Below, in pieces: positions 34,165-49,000 of a stretch of DNA of 64,000 bases. Each line of letters opens with the position of its first letter. Position 1 is the stretch's first letter. The notes below the pieces were generated by a model. That model was given only the letters and a program-made list of their open reading frames with translations. It had not been told where the DNA came from and did no database searches. Source of the stretch: Phoronis australis (lineage: Eukaryota > Animalia > Phoronida); the NCBI GenBank assembly GCA_002633005.1, contig NMRA01000428.1, positions 118,900 through 182,899 of the forward strand. The letters run 5' to 3'. A program made the position numbers and the translations under genes.

Positions 34165-37100
34165 TTAAACAACGCTTTCTCGAAGATCCTGTGCCACGTC
34201 GTTTTCTTCCGTTTTGATCATTGCGCCGGTTTCTTGATTGCTCTCGGACACAGAGCATTTGTTTTCATTATCGTTGGTAGAAACGGGTTTGTATTCATGT
34301 TCTTCTCCCACGAAGCCAGATTCTTTTGACTGACTTTCGATGGATATTTCGCAGTGGGCAGGTGACTTGCCGTCAAACCTGTTGCCATGACGACTTGCCA
34401 GTATCTGTAGATATATCACGGACATCATCCCCAAACTAGATAATCCCAGACAGGCGTACATCAGGGAGATCTGACTGATATTCTGCAATAAGTATCCAAT
34501 AAGATTGTCTGAACCAATATCGATAATGCTGGCTACAGAAGCTATCCAGCCATTTAAAGCCACGGTTATAGTAACATAGTTATTCATCCAGGCAGCCATC
34601 GTGGCCCACATTGGCGAGGAGAGAAATTTATACGAACATAGATAAACCCATAGTGTTGCGTGGGTTGTCAAACCAAACGACAGTAGGGCACATGACACTG
34701 TTGTTCCGACAACCTCGATAAATAGCATGACTTGTATTGGAAGGAACAAACTGCAGACAGTAGCCACTACACGGGATACCAAGCGCATGATGTTTGAAGT
34801 GGATATCAGGTACGCTGCTTCATCTTTATCAAACTTCAAATCGTTTTCAATTGCAAAGGAAAAGCCCCACATTCCAAGTGCAGAACCGTGACTACGGAGA
34901 CATCCGAAATATACAATCAGTCCAATTAGCATGAGCAATCCGAATCTAAAATCCCCGTCAGCCCATCCCTTTGGTGAAATGAAGTTCAACACGTTGCCCT
35001 TTGCTTTAGCTAATTTTTTGCCAAAATTGTTCGGATTGGTTTCTGGAATCGGGATTTTGTGGTGCTCCAAGACATCGAAAATTATATAACAAATGGAAAA
35101 CATCACCGAGGGTATTGAAAATACCAAAAATGGTATCTCAATTTGCGACGTTTCCATATTGGAGTTACCAGCCGACGACCTTTCTGTGAAGTTGAACGAG
35201 AGAGAGCTAGATGTCGAGTTATCGTCGTGCTGAGACATGTTGAACACGCTTTCGTCGTACGTTTGAGGAGATGATATGAAGGATTTGCTTATCAGTGGGG
35301 CAACAGCTCCACCTATTGGAAAACCCAACGATATCAGATGCAGCGGAAACGTTGCTTGTCTTTTCCACATCGAGCTGGTCAGAGGTGGTATGACTGGAAT
35401 AGAATTTCATTTTCTTTATTGAAATCCTCCCTTGGGCGTATGTTTATTATTTTGGATGGATTAATCAGTGCTTTATCAACAAAGGGGTGCCACGTGAAGT
35501 AGCGTATTTGTGCCACATTTCGCCAGCCATATTGCGCCACTGCCAGAAAACTATCAACAAGAAACGACCAATACCAGTACCCGGTGTAGAAATGCGGTTG
35601 TGCTGCGGGTACCATAGTGTATTATGTGTCGTTCTTAGATGTTTGGCTTAATTAAGTATTCTCCCGGTGACTTTTAATCAGATTTTAATCCTAAGTGTTC
35701 ATTTTATTTGTCAATTCCTGACTTCAATGTAGTCTGGTTTTAACAAAATGCAGAATCTTGATTTACTTGTGTTACAGTTCACACTAGGCTTAAACAAGCT
35801 CGTTTTTTATACTCACTAGATTTTAAACACAAATTACGTCTCAAACTTTCCTGTGCCACTACAAAATGAATCGACGCTAAGCGATTTTCAACCCACAACG
35901 CATCAACGTGCCAACGAGCATCGATCAGTTTATGCAGGGTTGGCCAACCCGTCCAAACTTTGTCGGCTTTTATCAACTATTAGTGATTGTTCAACCACTT
36001 TGAGGATAGAAAAAAGTTGTTGCAGGAAGGACAGCTGAAAAGTCCAGTCTATGGTTAGGCGTCGTGTGATAAACATCAGCCTCGCGTCTGTGAAGATCCG
36101 TTGCCAGAAATAAAAAGGAAAATTGGGTTGGAGGAAATGGTTATAAGACTTAACAATGATAATAATACAAAATGCAGTCATTGGAAACATGGACATAGAC
36201 ATGTGCTAAAATATGTCTTACTTGAATCCCGCTCAGAGGGACATCATTTTTAGTTAGAATCCAGTGTAGGAATACAACGGAAATCGCCCTCGTCCATGAA
36301 ATCAACTTTCGTTCGTTTTGTGTAATCGATGAGGTAACAATCAGCGTACACACGTTAGTGTTGACTTCTGTCATAAATGAATTGTCATATCAGACTTGAA
36401 CCACTCGACATAAGAAAGTGCTGAGGACTATCTGGAGTTTATGACACTCAACCTTGTACTTGCAAGTCCTTCAGTGTCAACTTGGGGTCACAAAATGTTG
36501 AAGTTCATCATTTAGTAATTTTGATTATACTCCAGTCGTTCGTTATTTCTAATGAAGGCAACTCATTGGATTTCAAAACGTGCAGGAAATTTGATACCAA
36601 TAGTGACATTCACATTTTTTGGTCGAGAGGTCTAATCAAATCAAATTTAATGTTATTTTTGACGTATGGCATCCTATCGCGCATTGAAGTAAAAAAGCAA
36701 AAATTCGGCATTAGACTCGACATTTTTGCTTAAAGCTACGGTCATTAAATTCGAAGTACGGTCATCCATGTAAATTATGATATAATTCAGCACAGAAAAA
36801 TAGACAGATTTTTTTTTATTTCACAAAGGAGTAGAACAAAAAAATGGCAAAGAATACGGAATCAGTTCGAGTTCAAAGATTAGACCCTGGACCATGGAGA
36901 TTGGTGTTTATGTCTGCCAACCAACGCGCAATTTAGATTACTAATCACGGAAATTGTATCTAAACAAACCCAATGTTTGATGGCTTAGAATTTTCAAAGC
37001 CAGTTTGCTTACGCGTTGTCTTGGCGCTCAAACACGATGAAAGATAACATGACCCATCTCTCCCATTTGCTCATGGTTGATTCATGTGGAGAATCGGACG

Positions 37101-40100
37101 TTCTGAGTGACTACATTTTAGAGCAATATGATGAACCACCTTTGCAATGAGAGGTTTCTGATTACAAGGATAAAGTTGAAAAATGCTGGTCCGATCGACG
37201 GCCTTCGGGGGATTGAATTTCGACTAAGCTTTATTGAAGTACAGCGCAGTTACAGTTATGGACAACACCTATACCAGCTGACAATGTGTTGGCTTCTTTT
37301 GACGCAGTATATCACGAGCCAACTCTCTCAAGCGTACTTGCTTTGTGCGTTTGCCTACACAGGAACTGGCTTGGAGGTCCTATCAGCTGTCATCTCTGAG
37401 CATTTCGGTTTCAGGGATTTGTGAATTTTATGGTAAAGATGGTATATGGCAAGGTCGAAAACTGGTGTATATCGTCGACTGTGACTTTGTAGGCTTGCTT
37501 AACAACTAGGTACATGTTCTCGGTTAGACTTTTAATTTGATTGGATGACTAAAACCTCAATAATGCAACTCGTAAAGTTTACATGACCTCGAATACTCGT
37601 GTGACGGAATCCTGAAATATTGGAATATCTTGTTTTTCTACAAGCATCTTCTGTAATCGAGCATGAGCAAAGTTACCCTAAGCCTCATATGGCTGAGGCT
37701 AATCGCCCATTCATACGTCATGAACAAAATAGTTCTTAGCGGAATTTGCGTATTTGCTGGAAAAATTAGGGCAATATAAAAAGTTACCATCAAATCTCTT
37801 AGTTTCTCATTTCTTTAGTTTCGTTTTGGTTAGATGAAGAACACAAATCCTGCCTTCCAGCAGAAGAATACCAAAACATGATTGATCTATTTGAATAATG
37901 GCAGGAGGTCACGCTGGACTCGTCACATTTAAATATTTTTCCTAACTGAATTTTATGCTTGCGACGAATCTGAAAATGTCTTCAAAGGCTTGGTAGTTCT
38001 TGTGTTGTTCACTGGCAACGCTCACAGAAACGTTACATGCATTTCTTATTTACCCTGACTTCTACATCAACCGCGTGCAGGAGACGTTCAGATACCCACT
38101 ATAGTGTGCGCAACGCTAGACGTTGCGACCATAGTCATAAAACGTAATAAACAGACCTGCCAATGTAAAGGACATTTTCTTGTAACAAAGGCTAGATCTT
38201 ATCAGTATTGTGGCTTAAATGATATGCATCATGGTGCGCCAGAGTCACGCACTAAAGTGCCCCCCATAGATCATAACAACCTCACTATCGATTGTGTGGT
38301 AGGCTTCCTGTGGAAGATCGTTGGCATTCTAAGTTTTAAAAAATCACTATAATAGAGACTTTTTGTTTTGCAAGTAGAAATTCGGATCACAAAGTTTGTA
38401 AAAAGAAGAATATGAAAGATCCAGAAAAGATTAAGGTAACGTGTCTTTCGAATACTAATTACCACTAGTAGTCAAGTCTGCCTCTTGGTGATCTGTTAAC
38501 TCTTGTCTCTGCCTGTTATAACAAACCGGAATTCCAGCTCACTTGACCGCATTCTCCACGTTGGAGTAACATCGTTTGCTGTAATGATTGAAGTTCGCCC
38601 ATGCGCAGCTATGAATAACGTGAAGTAAAGCTTCGATTCTAAATGAAAGGCCATAAAATGGTGAACTATTGCAAATATAATGGTAAGATTATGTAGAATA
38701 TTACACTTACGCGTGAAGAGAATGCCAAAAGAGGCGATCATGGTGAAATGGACTAGGCCGAAGGTCGGGACGGATGGCATGAAAGGTTCTGTGAGGTGGG
38801 ACAGACCTCCAATAAGACAACCAGTGGCAAGCATGATGTTACTCCTGAAATGACGTAATTACATCTTATAACGTCAATATAGTCACCAATGTAATCGCCA
38901 CTTTAATTGACATTAGCAGCATGAGAATTTTTTTTAAAGCTATGAAACCAGTCACCAGGTGGCGAGACCGTTTTGTGCACTGGTCTTCAACGACTCACAA
39001 AGAACTGTCAGACTTGCCAGCTGGCCAAAACTTAGCAATTTCAGGTTTGATGCTAAATTCAGGTGTCGAAAAGGCAACCATGCTCAATTTACATATAGAA
39101 AAATGATAGTTCCTTATCGGGTTGCTATGCAGAAATATCTGTGCAGAGTTGTCATGGTAACCATGTATATGTCATGCTTGAAAACAAGACTGTAATTTTT
39201 GTTTAACAGCTTAATACGTACGTGCTCGTAGACCAAGCTGCCAAACAGAAAGTACAGTCGTATTTGCGTCTACCGGCTGCTACCGACCCATACTTTTTCA
39301 TCAGAAAATACGCGTGGGGGATTTTATAACTGGGTTTAATACAGGCTCTGGACTTGGAATGCGAAGTGAATGGTTATAAGTCCAATAAGATTATGAGGAT
39401 ATAAAAGGGCAATTTATGAAAAGTTCGTAACTAATTTGTCGGAAATTTCCATTTCTGCAAGGTCTGTGCAGAAAATGATAGCGTTAACTCCGTCGGATAA
39501 TGGCGTATCTGGGCAGTTCATAAGACGGGATGGTTCACAGCGTCAGTAGAAAAGTACACATTGTAAGTCTTATACGGCAACCGACAGCGTTCTTTAATTT
39601 TTGATCGCACTTGTAAGGAGGTTGGAGCGCTGACCAACAAAATGTGTCTGCGGAAGAACTATTCGTGCCTCTTTATTTTTCATACTTTGGTGTTGGAATT
39701 TTGCTTTCCAATGCGGCGAGGTTACGTTTCCAATAGTGCATGACAAAACGATGTACCGAACGGAGTTCACTGTATGCTGTTTTGATTTAGACCATTCACA
39801 GCTATAAAATTGGTCTAAGATCGTTTTCCAGATGAGATGTAAATTTTTGTCTAGCTAGGACCTGTCCATGTTAAGCAAATAAAATGACCTGTACTCTAGT
39901 CTAAAGCGATATCGACCTGTTTTCAGTTTTGTCAAGCCCAGGAGTCACACCTATTCTCAATAAGAAAAGTTTGAGGCCAATTTCATTATGATAAGTGCTA
40001 TTAACAAAAATTCTATTTGACGGAAGACTGGTTTAAAAATTCGCTAACCCGTGACTTCGTTTATTCCATCTGAAGTTTGAGGTTTTTGTTTGACAAACGG

Positions 40101-41091
40101 AAAATTCGGGTTCATAACTGTTACTTAAAACAACTTTTGACGTGACTGCAGGAGATGTCCCGAAAGAGCGCGCAGCATCACTGATCACTTCAGATCGTGC
40201 ATTACTTTCGGACAAAGTCCGGGACGATGCAGAATGCAGACATGACTTCTGCAGTAGTCATCAGACGGCCAACGTGAATCAAAAGCCAAGCATTCCAAAG
40301 TTGTCTTACCGTTTAGGATATCTGTCCGTTAAAAAAGCCAAGATCGGTGACACGATGAAGGTGCTGAATGATCCAACAGACATTGCTGTAGCTAAGGAAG
40401 CATAGTTACCATTAGTTCTCCTGATTATGTCTGGCAAGCAGATACCTATGTTCGCCATTTGACAAGCCTGCAAACCATAGAAAAGACGTACGTGTTACTG
40501 ATGGAATGTTTGTAGTAGCAAGAAACTTTCTGATTAGCCACATTTTTTATTCGTCATAGACTGCCGACATTTTTAGTTTTGCATTGTGATGAATCGTAAA
40601 AACGGAACATAGAGGCGAGATTTCTGAATTATCGGAGACTTTCAACAACCCCTTTTCGCCATTTTTGCACTGGCTAGGCTAAGCTCATCAAACCATAGGC
40701 GTCACTGTCTTAATTCTGCTGAATCAAGCGACCCGTTTATTGCACTCTGCCACAAAAATGGTCAAAACGCAATTACACAGAGGGTCTTAGATTACGAATT
40801 GTTTCCTTTTAAGTGCCATTTTTGATGCTATTTTTTTCTAAACTACCGAAACAACGAAAATAACATCTTTTAAGTTAGCCGCACCTGGGGATTCATGTCT
40901 TAGATTATTACGTGCACGTGCTCCTCACAACTTACCGTAACAAAGTACGTCAGAGTGTAAGCCAAAGATTTACAAATGAAGTAATTTCTAATTTTTGGCG
41001 GAAGTTCTGGTTCCGTTTCCTGTTTGACAGAATCGTCCTTGTCCGACCACAGCATCTTCTTGCATTTCGAAAACTCTTGCAAACACGTCAT
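34165..41091 (-). CDS. MFS transporter paralog A (MFSD4 / sodium-dependent glucose transporter 1-like), 558 aa
   Basis: Exons 41091-40936 (156), 40467-40310 (158), 38844-38711 (134), 35393-34165 (1229); GT-AG, open frame. Multiple hydrophobic helices and motifs IGICLPD and LHL..GFPIGG.VAPLI...F. Confidence 0.9.
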
Positions 41092-43080
41092 TGGAAAAGT
41101 TATCTGTTATGAGATGTCCTACTGCAAATTTCCACCTGAATGACTTGCATTTCTGGTTGAGACAAATAAAACTGTAGACAGTTAGCAAGAAGGGCCTAGA
41201 GAGCTCAAACAAACACTTGAATAGCGAAGAAAGTAGGTTGCCCAAGCCACACACAGATAAGCAAACTGTGTTACGTATTTATGTATCCCGCGTACGGTAT
41301 CGTGCAAATGACCTCTGATGTAAGACCGCACACCGCATGAAACAACGTAAAAGCTTAACAATATCTGAATGATCTGTTGTGTTACTGAAAATAAATCCCA
41401 AGCAATATGAATGAATATTGTTGCTTTGCACTATTTCGTTAAAAAGTCACTTTCATATATTCTTTTGAAGAAAAACCACCATTCTCTCAAGGGAAACCAT
41501 TCTCGTTGTGGCAGGATAGGTGGCGCTCTTCCACTATTTGTGACTAGGCGTATTACACCGAGAAGGACATCTTGGTATACAGTATCTATGCCTTTTCTAT
41601 AACATCAAATAAATTCATTATCAGTCCTTGCAGGATTCTATTCACATCCAGTCTGTTCTGCGACCGGGATGAAGGTGTCAGATTTTGTTCGAAGAAACAG
41701 AATAAAGCCCAGGGGCTTTGCGGGATTTTTTTGAAAAACCATCTTTAAAGTGAAACAAGCACCCGAATCACGAAACCTGTACAGATGCAAGCCCTTTCAA
41801 CTTGATGCCTTGGTATTTGCAATCGCTATTTAATTTTGACTAACCTCAGTATGATGAGGAAATATACGGTTTAAATTTTATTTTCCCGATATGTTTCTGG
41901 AGACGTTGCTGTCCAACTTTTCCTATTTGTCATTATAAAGTTGTTGTTTTTTACCGAAGTCAATACACGTATGTTGGTTTTCGGACTTCAAAAACCTGAT
42001 AACAACCGAGGCGAACATTGCATTTTAAATACAAGTCTGTCCTATTGGCCATTTCTAAGATGAAAGATTTATTATTTAAGATAATAAATAATTTAAGCTA
42101 TGAATCCACCTTAAAATGTTATACTTATGTAAAATATCAGCCAGGTACTTGTTAGCAACTCGTAAATGAAAAGAGAATGCCGACTGCACGAACTTCTAAT
42201 GTTGCACGTCGCTAGATGTCAACTTATAAAGCACGGTCTCAAGACATAACGAAAGGCCAGGTTTGTCCAAGTCCAGAAATCACATTTATTTCGACTAATG
42301 AACAATTTGATGCCGATTTCATTCCGATGAAAGACCAAAGTTGAACGTTTTTTGTAATGACTGGTAGGTTTACTGCCGTTACTTAAAAACTTTCTCTCGA
42401 TTGAGCATTTTACCAATCAATGTAAATTTACCTTACCCGTCGCCAGTCGTCACATATCATGCCGACAACAGGATAGGTGACTAAAATTTCGTGGCACAGG
42501 TGTGTCTCATCCAATTTAAACTTTCAGGGCCCCTGCGCTTGATACTCGGGTTATCTAACTTCACAATGTAGGATGAGTAATATCATCCCATAGGATCAGA
42601 AAACGGACAGTCGCCGCACAAATAAAAAGTTCATATTATTTTGACGTTTCGTCTATTCATTAAACATCATCAGGTGATAAACAATAAGACAACAACAGCC
42701 GATTTTATAAAGGTGGTTTCAAGTTAAACCTGTTTTAAACTGGACTTCGACCAGGTTTAAAGACAATCTGCATTTCATGAAGGTAGTTTAACTTTTAGAC
42801 CAGTGGTCTAGTAAAACCTGGTTTACTTCCAGTCTAAACCTGGTCTACATGTAAGTCAGTTTTCACTTCACCAACGACGTCTATATTCCTTAGACCTGTA
42901 TTAAGATCTTAAACCATATGCTTAACTTTAGACTTGGTCAGACCCAGGTTTAATACTGTTAAATATGTCAGACTTGCACGTTATAGGTGAATGATGCCGC
43001 GGTGTGCATTTACGACGTAGTTTTAGATAGAGAATGGACTATTTTCAATATTCAGTTTTACGACACAAGATCAAACATAG

Positions 43081-43230
43081 CAAAGGCGGATCCAGGATTT
43101 TTAAAAGGGAGGGGGTCGAATCAAGGATTTTTTAAAAGACGGACCAAGTCAAAAAATTTGAAAATTATAGATTTGTTATCACTAAAATCAATTGGAAAGG
43201 GAGATCCCGAATCCCTTGTATCCGCCTGTG
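43081..43230. mobile_element. Short MITE with CANAGGCGGAT-type TIRs
   Basis: caaaggcggatccagg ... cttgtatccgcctgtg; flanks catag/tgtag form an imperfect TSD. Confidence 0.6.
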
Positions 43231-44749
43231 TGTAGGCCAGTACGTGTTGCAGGTTGTCCTTCGGATTCCTCAGCACATGACTGGTCGAACAGAGTGTCAT
43301 TGTCGTAAGCAGCGCTACGGCTTTGACTGAAGACGGCATCTTCTGATTCTTCTGACCGAATTCCACCTCCACTGGTCACCTATTTTCATTGGTCCCCGAT
43401 TTAATGTTGCTGGACATGGGCCCTGCCCCCCTTTCGGCCGCAAAAAATAACATTACAATTACACGGACAGTCATAAATTTGGCCATTTGCAGCTAATCGT
43501 GAGCATGTACTTTAATGTGTGCACGTGTGTTGGCCACAGACATTACATATCTGTTCGTGAGAAAAGCTTTTAGACCTTTTTCGCAAATGTCAGCACTGAT
43601 TCTACTAGTGTGTGCCATCGTATACCCACATGACCAAGGTTTCATTGAAGCACCTTAAATTTTTTTGTTGGCTTAGAAACCTAGCACTTCGAAGCGCATG
43701 GAAGACATACAACCCGTATTGGCGTTTCAGTGTCAAGGTTGAAACGTGGAATTACATTGTATGTCGAGTGGGATGTTTCTACATCTACACTGTGCGCCAC
43801 TCTGGATAGTTTTTGGGTATATCGTACAGTCAGCACCTGACGTATGAACCAGTTGTTGACGGGTGAAAATGATTGCTACTATTTTAAGTGCCTGGTAACG
43901 AAGTGCAAGCTATACTTGATAATGCAGTCTGCAATCAAGGTTTCCTGTGACACCTAGATAGGTTTGTACCACACGGTCAATGCCAGGTGAGGTCGGATCA
44001 GAAGTGTCTGACATCTCTGAAATATTCGTAGCGTTAGCTGCACATGAAAATAACTGTTATGACTTGACTTAGTGCGATTGTAGACGAAATTTCTCTTGGG
44101 AATTCGATTGTCTCTTCAGTGTCGCACACCGCTTTCTCACCTTCTAATTCTGATACTGGGACAAATCTGTGAGTCGTGGTAGTTGGCTGCTACGACCCCT
44201 ATCACACACCGTTGATGCAAATACTTTTTATAATGCGAACCTCAGGGGTCCTCCCAGGAAAAAGAGGGCTCTCTGAAATAGTGGCCCCCTGGCGTAGAAG
44301 GTCGGTTCGTTATGCCAAAGGTCTTTAGGAACCTTAACTTTGCGGAGATTTTTTAAAGTATTTCATTCAAAGGTGATCCGAGATGAGTGCCCGCTTTGCC
44401 TTTCCTATTAAACCGGCACTGGAATCATTTGTGGCGGATTGAGGGTTTGCGCTGCCATAAACTGTCAGAATTAAGGTATGGAGACCTACATACTCCAGTT
44501 CTCGTAACTAAATACCAAACGTAATGAATAAGCAAATTGAACGTTGAAATAACCAACGTATTTCTAACGGGAAAGTTTTCATTACATTGTAGTACGGTCA
44601 ACATTACCGAATGCACATAATCAACTTGTGTCCAATAAACGTAATAGGGCAGTTTTTTGCGCTTCTTGTGATTTTGTCACTGTTTTTTACATTTTATCTT
44701 GGAAAACTCTCCAATTTTATCTTCGTAATCAAGACTTCCTATTTCCCCT

Positions 44750-45700
44750 TCTGACGTCATAATGCATGTAGCTTATGCACACACTATTTTGCGTGTATCA
44801 TTCTTTCTCGTGTACCTCAGGATATTTTTATGTGAAATTGACATTCACCCTAGGCAATTAATGTCCATGTGACTCGAAAACATTCTCAATACAGATTAGT
44901 AGTATAAGAAAGCCGATACAATCCCATCTTTGTGGACTATTTGATAGAAGTCTTTGGAATCTTCTTGGCCAGCCCCGTCAGGGTTATTCTGCTCCACGTA
45001 TGTATGGAAATGCTGCAATTTATCAATACGATTTTTTTCAACGTCAACTGGAAATACCTTCCGCCAAATTTCAACTGAGACCAGGGTTTCACTTATGGAA
45101 AAAGCCGCTTGTTGCAAACGAATTTTTGGATTTTGAAAAATCTTGCAAACTAAACAATAGACACAGCCACTTTTTGAGGAATACAATAACCACTCTCGGC
45201 CACACATTTTCCCATCAAGCTTTCTGGATTGAAAGATAACACTTTTAAGCGATGCCAGTCCTAGATGTTGAACGATCGCTTTGATTTTTCAAATGGACCA
45301 TCTCAAAGATGGCAATCTGAAAGGCCTTTATGAATCCAATTCGTCATCTGGTAACGGTTCTCACTGTACAGCATCATTCATGAATGCCTGAGTATTAATC
45401 GTGCCTGTGAGTGATAAAGTCTAAACAGTTTTTTTGGCTTGCTGTCAGATTTTTGCTTATGATGTGGGACACTCGAATGATTCAGTAACAGAATCTTCAT
45501 GTAATAGCTGAATAATGTTGAGACTTGATATGTGCTTTTGTTTTTGAGATTCTGATTTGCTTTTCGCAGCTAGTGAAATATAACTATTAAATTTGGGATG
45601 TTTCTCAAGTCAGCAAACTGTCGTCTCTATCTTCTTTTCTGAAGAATGACGTTGCATGTCTGTTTAACATCGATACAAGGGGAAGTATAATTAAATATCC
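44750..45700 (-). mobile_element. Old internally deleted hAT transposase relic
   Basis: REWLLYSSKSGCVYCLVCKIF (TTF-type Zn finger) in ORF 44896-45207; boundaries approximate. Confidence 0.65.
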
Positions 45701-46081
45701 AACTTAATTTTCTGGACCCATGTTTATCGAATAAGACGTCTCAAATTCAAGTTCAACCGAATTTCCACATTAGTGATTTTTGATCCCAGAGAAAAAGACA
45801 CTCAAAGTCTCGAGTCCTTGCATTTTACAAAAATAAATGTGGAAATTTAAATCACAAATCTGCCATGCGATTATTGTTTGAATATGCAAGGATATGCGAC
45901 TTTGGAGATTTTTATACCAACCTCAACGACAGTAATTCGTTTCGATGTACAAAAAAATGTATAACCGCGGGTAACGCTAGTCTCTTGCTGCTTGCTACGT
46001 GATACAACAACAGTATGATACCACGACAAGTTTATTAAAATCTAACATAATAGACGTATGCTGACAGTCACCCCATTGCGG

Positions 46082-49000
46082 CTACATCACAGTTTCTCGT
46101 TGTCCTGACGCCACAGTATGCTTGTTGACCCCGCCACCTTTAGGCAAATGTACTTCGTGTTTGTCAACGAAATCAAATTCCCCATCATCATCATCTTCGA
46201 GAAAAGTTTTCAACTCTTTTGAAGGACCTTCTTCTAATAGTGTATCCTGAATCCAAACCTTTTCTCGAAGTTGAACAGTATGGTGACTTGCAAGGATCTG
46301 AAGTAATATTGCAGACAACAACCCCAAACAGGACAGACCCAGACAAACATACATTAAGGACATCTGACCGATATTCTGCAGTAGGTATCCTATCAGATTG
46401 TCCGTACACAGGTCTACTAAGCAGGTTATAACAGATGCCCAGCCAATCAAAACCACGGTAAGACTGACATAATTATTCAGCCAGGACATCATGGTTGCCC
46501 ACATGGACGAGGCGAAAAGTCTGTAAGCACAAAAATATACCCATAATGCCGTACGGGAAGTGAGACCAAATGATAAAAGAGCGAATGACAGGGTTGTTGC
46601 AACAGCCTGGGTGAAGAGTATGACGTGTACAGGAACAAACAAACTGCACAACGAAGTGACGACACGTGACACCAAGCGCATGAGGTTTGCAGTGGATATC
46701 AGATATGCGGCTTCTTCTTTTTCAAACTTTAAATCGCTTTCAATTGCAAAGGAGAATCCCCAAAGAGTAACTGCAGTTGCGTGACCACGAAGACAAGAAA
46801 AATATACAGTCATCCCAATAAGTATAACCAATCCAAAGGTGAGATCCCCGCCAGCCCAATTCCGTGGGGAAATAGTTTCCAGGAAACTGACTTTTGGTTT
46901 GTCATGCGTTGTGCCGTTGCTGTGCAATTTATTGTCGGGAATCAGAATTTTACTTCGTTCAAGAAAATCGAAAATCAAAAAACAGACGCCAATTAATGAC
47001 ATCAGACTCGCAATGGTTATGAAGGGTATCTCTATCCTCGACGGTTGAGTGTTAGCGGACCATTCCGTGATATTGTCGGTGTTCATTTGCTGTAAAGACA
47101 TGTTGAACATACTTTGACTTTCATTAGATACCCGTTGTGTCCGGTGTAGGGAAATGAAAGACTTGCTTATCAATGGCGCGACAGTTTGGCCTAAAGGAAA
47201 GCCCACCGAGACGAGATGCAGCGGAAACGCTGCCCGACCTCTCCACATTGAACTGATTATTTGAGGTTCCACTGAAACAAAACATTGAGATACATGAAGG
47301 TCTAGTGAATGCTGAATAATCCATTCAAGGGGTTAGCCACAGGTTATCAAAAATCCTGAGAACACTCGAAACCCCTCAGCTTAGGGCACCAGGCACAGTA
47401 AAGACCCTGCCTCGTTGCTACAGGAGTTCGTAGAAAAAGGGAATCGATATGGTGCCGTGGGTAGCTAAAAGGTATAGCGACTGACGGGGGGGGGTGAAAA
47501 TTATAAAGACTCTTGGAGGTGAGTAGGGGTGATTGTCACGAAGTTGGGGAAACTCAAATAAGTTAGACGCCCTACACTTCTTTGAAACTGAGTACTCCTG
47601 TCCAGTAAATCTTAACTCGTCACTGATTAAAATTAATGATGCATTCACTATCCCCTGATTACTTAAATGTGACATCAACAATTATGCTTATTAAACATAA
47701 AATTTAGGGGCTAAAAGTTGTTTGCGAGATAACGCTCGTTTCAAAATTCAGTTGAAATTGAGAGATAAATTTGAAGACAACACATTTTGGAGGGATTTGA
47801 CTCGTATATAGGCCTACTCTGGAGAATCTTGAGGCAACAGTTAGTTACGCAGGTTGCCAATCCCATGCACGTGTGGCTTTGGGTAAATGCCGTCAAACAA
47901 TATCGGTAAAAAGTCAATGACGGCACAAATAACATTTTTCATTTTCTAAGGACGATTAACCCACGTGACTGCACTCGTCAATAGCATTTCGCATTTGCGA
48001 GACTGTTTGACAGACCGCAATTTATATCAGCAATACCTCAATTTGGCTCAACTCTTATTTCAACGAAAACAGAAGAAGATTAGACCGGCTTTATAGCAGA
48101 AAGTGAACTTGTTCAAAATTTGCTTGTTGAGGTGTGGCGTGAACCGAATGCTCGAAAAACAAACCTTTTTAAAAGTAATTTTTTAACTTTGGTCGTTCTT
48201 ATAACACATACGACAGGGTACTTTACTAAACACCTTTTTGAACGCGGTCGTCGTGTTGACACATGTAGTCAGGCTCCAATTTTCAAAAAGGCCTCAGAAA
48301 GTAGTGTCGTGGGCATTTAGGGTAAAACAGATCTGCTCATTGATTTTTAACTAATCTGAGGGCACTGAATCAAAAAACTGTATGCCTCACTGGATTTTCC
48401 CCTGTAACCATCAAATCCAGCGGCCATTTTGAAATTGGAAAGTTCCAATAAATGCCTTTTAAAATGAGTATGCTACAACAAACTATAGGTTTTCAGGTGT
48501 AATAAACTCATTTTGATACTGTTTTTGTGATTGGAGGTTAAAGTCACGCGAAAAATTCAAGGTCAAACTGCACCGCACATGCTCCATTGCAATTGCAATA
48601 AGCTCAACTATTTTGTGCATCTTCACACATAAGCTCAAACAAGTTATGTAGTGTTTCAGGCAAACTGAGTTTTGCTTACGCCATCGATAAATCTAAGATG
48701 GCGGCCTGCCACCATCTTGGAATGGTAATGCCTAAGTAAGTGTTCTTAGTTCTCTAGTGATATGTTAATATATTAGGTTTTCATGCACTGGAGGCTCATT
48801 TTAAGCACCATTTTCGTAATTAGACGTCAACATTATGCTCAAAGGTTGAATTTTGCCAATGTGTAATGACTTGAAAACACGAAAATGTCAGTTGCAATCG
48901 AGTGCCAGCAAAGAAGCCACTTGTATTCCATTTTCATTTTTATTACAGGTACACGAACATCGTTTGCTACAATAACGTGTTTCTTATGAAGATTATAGCA

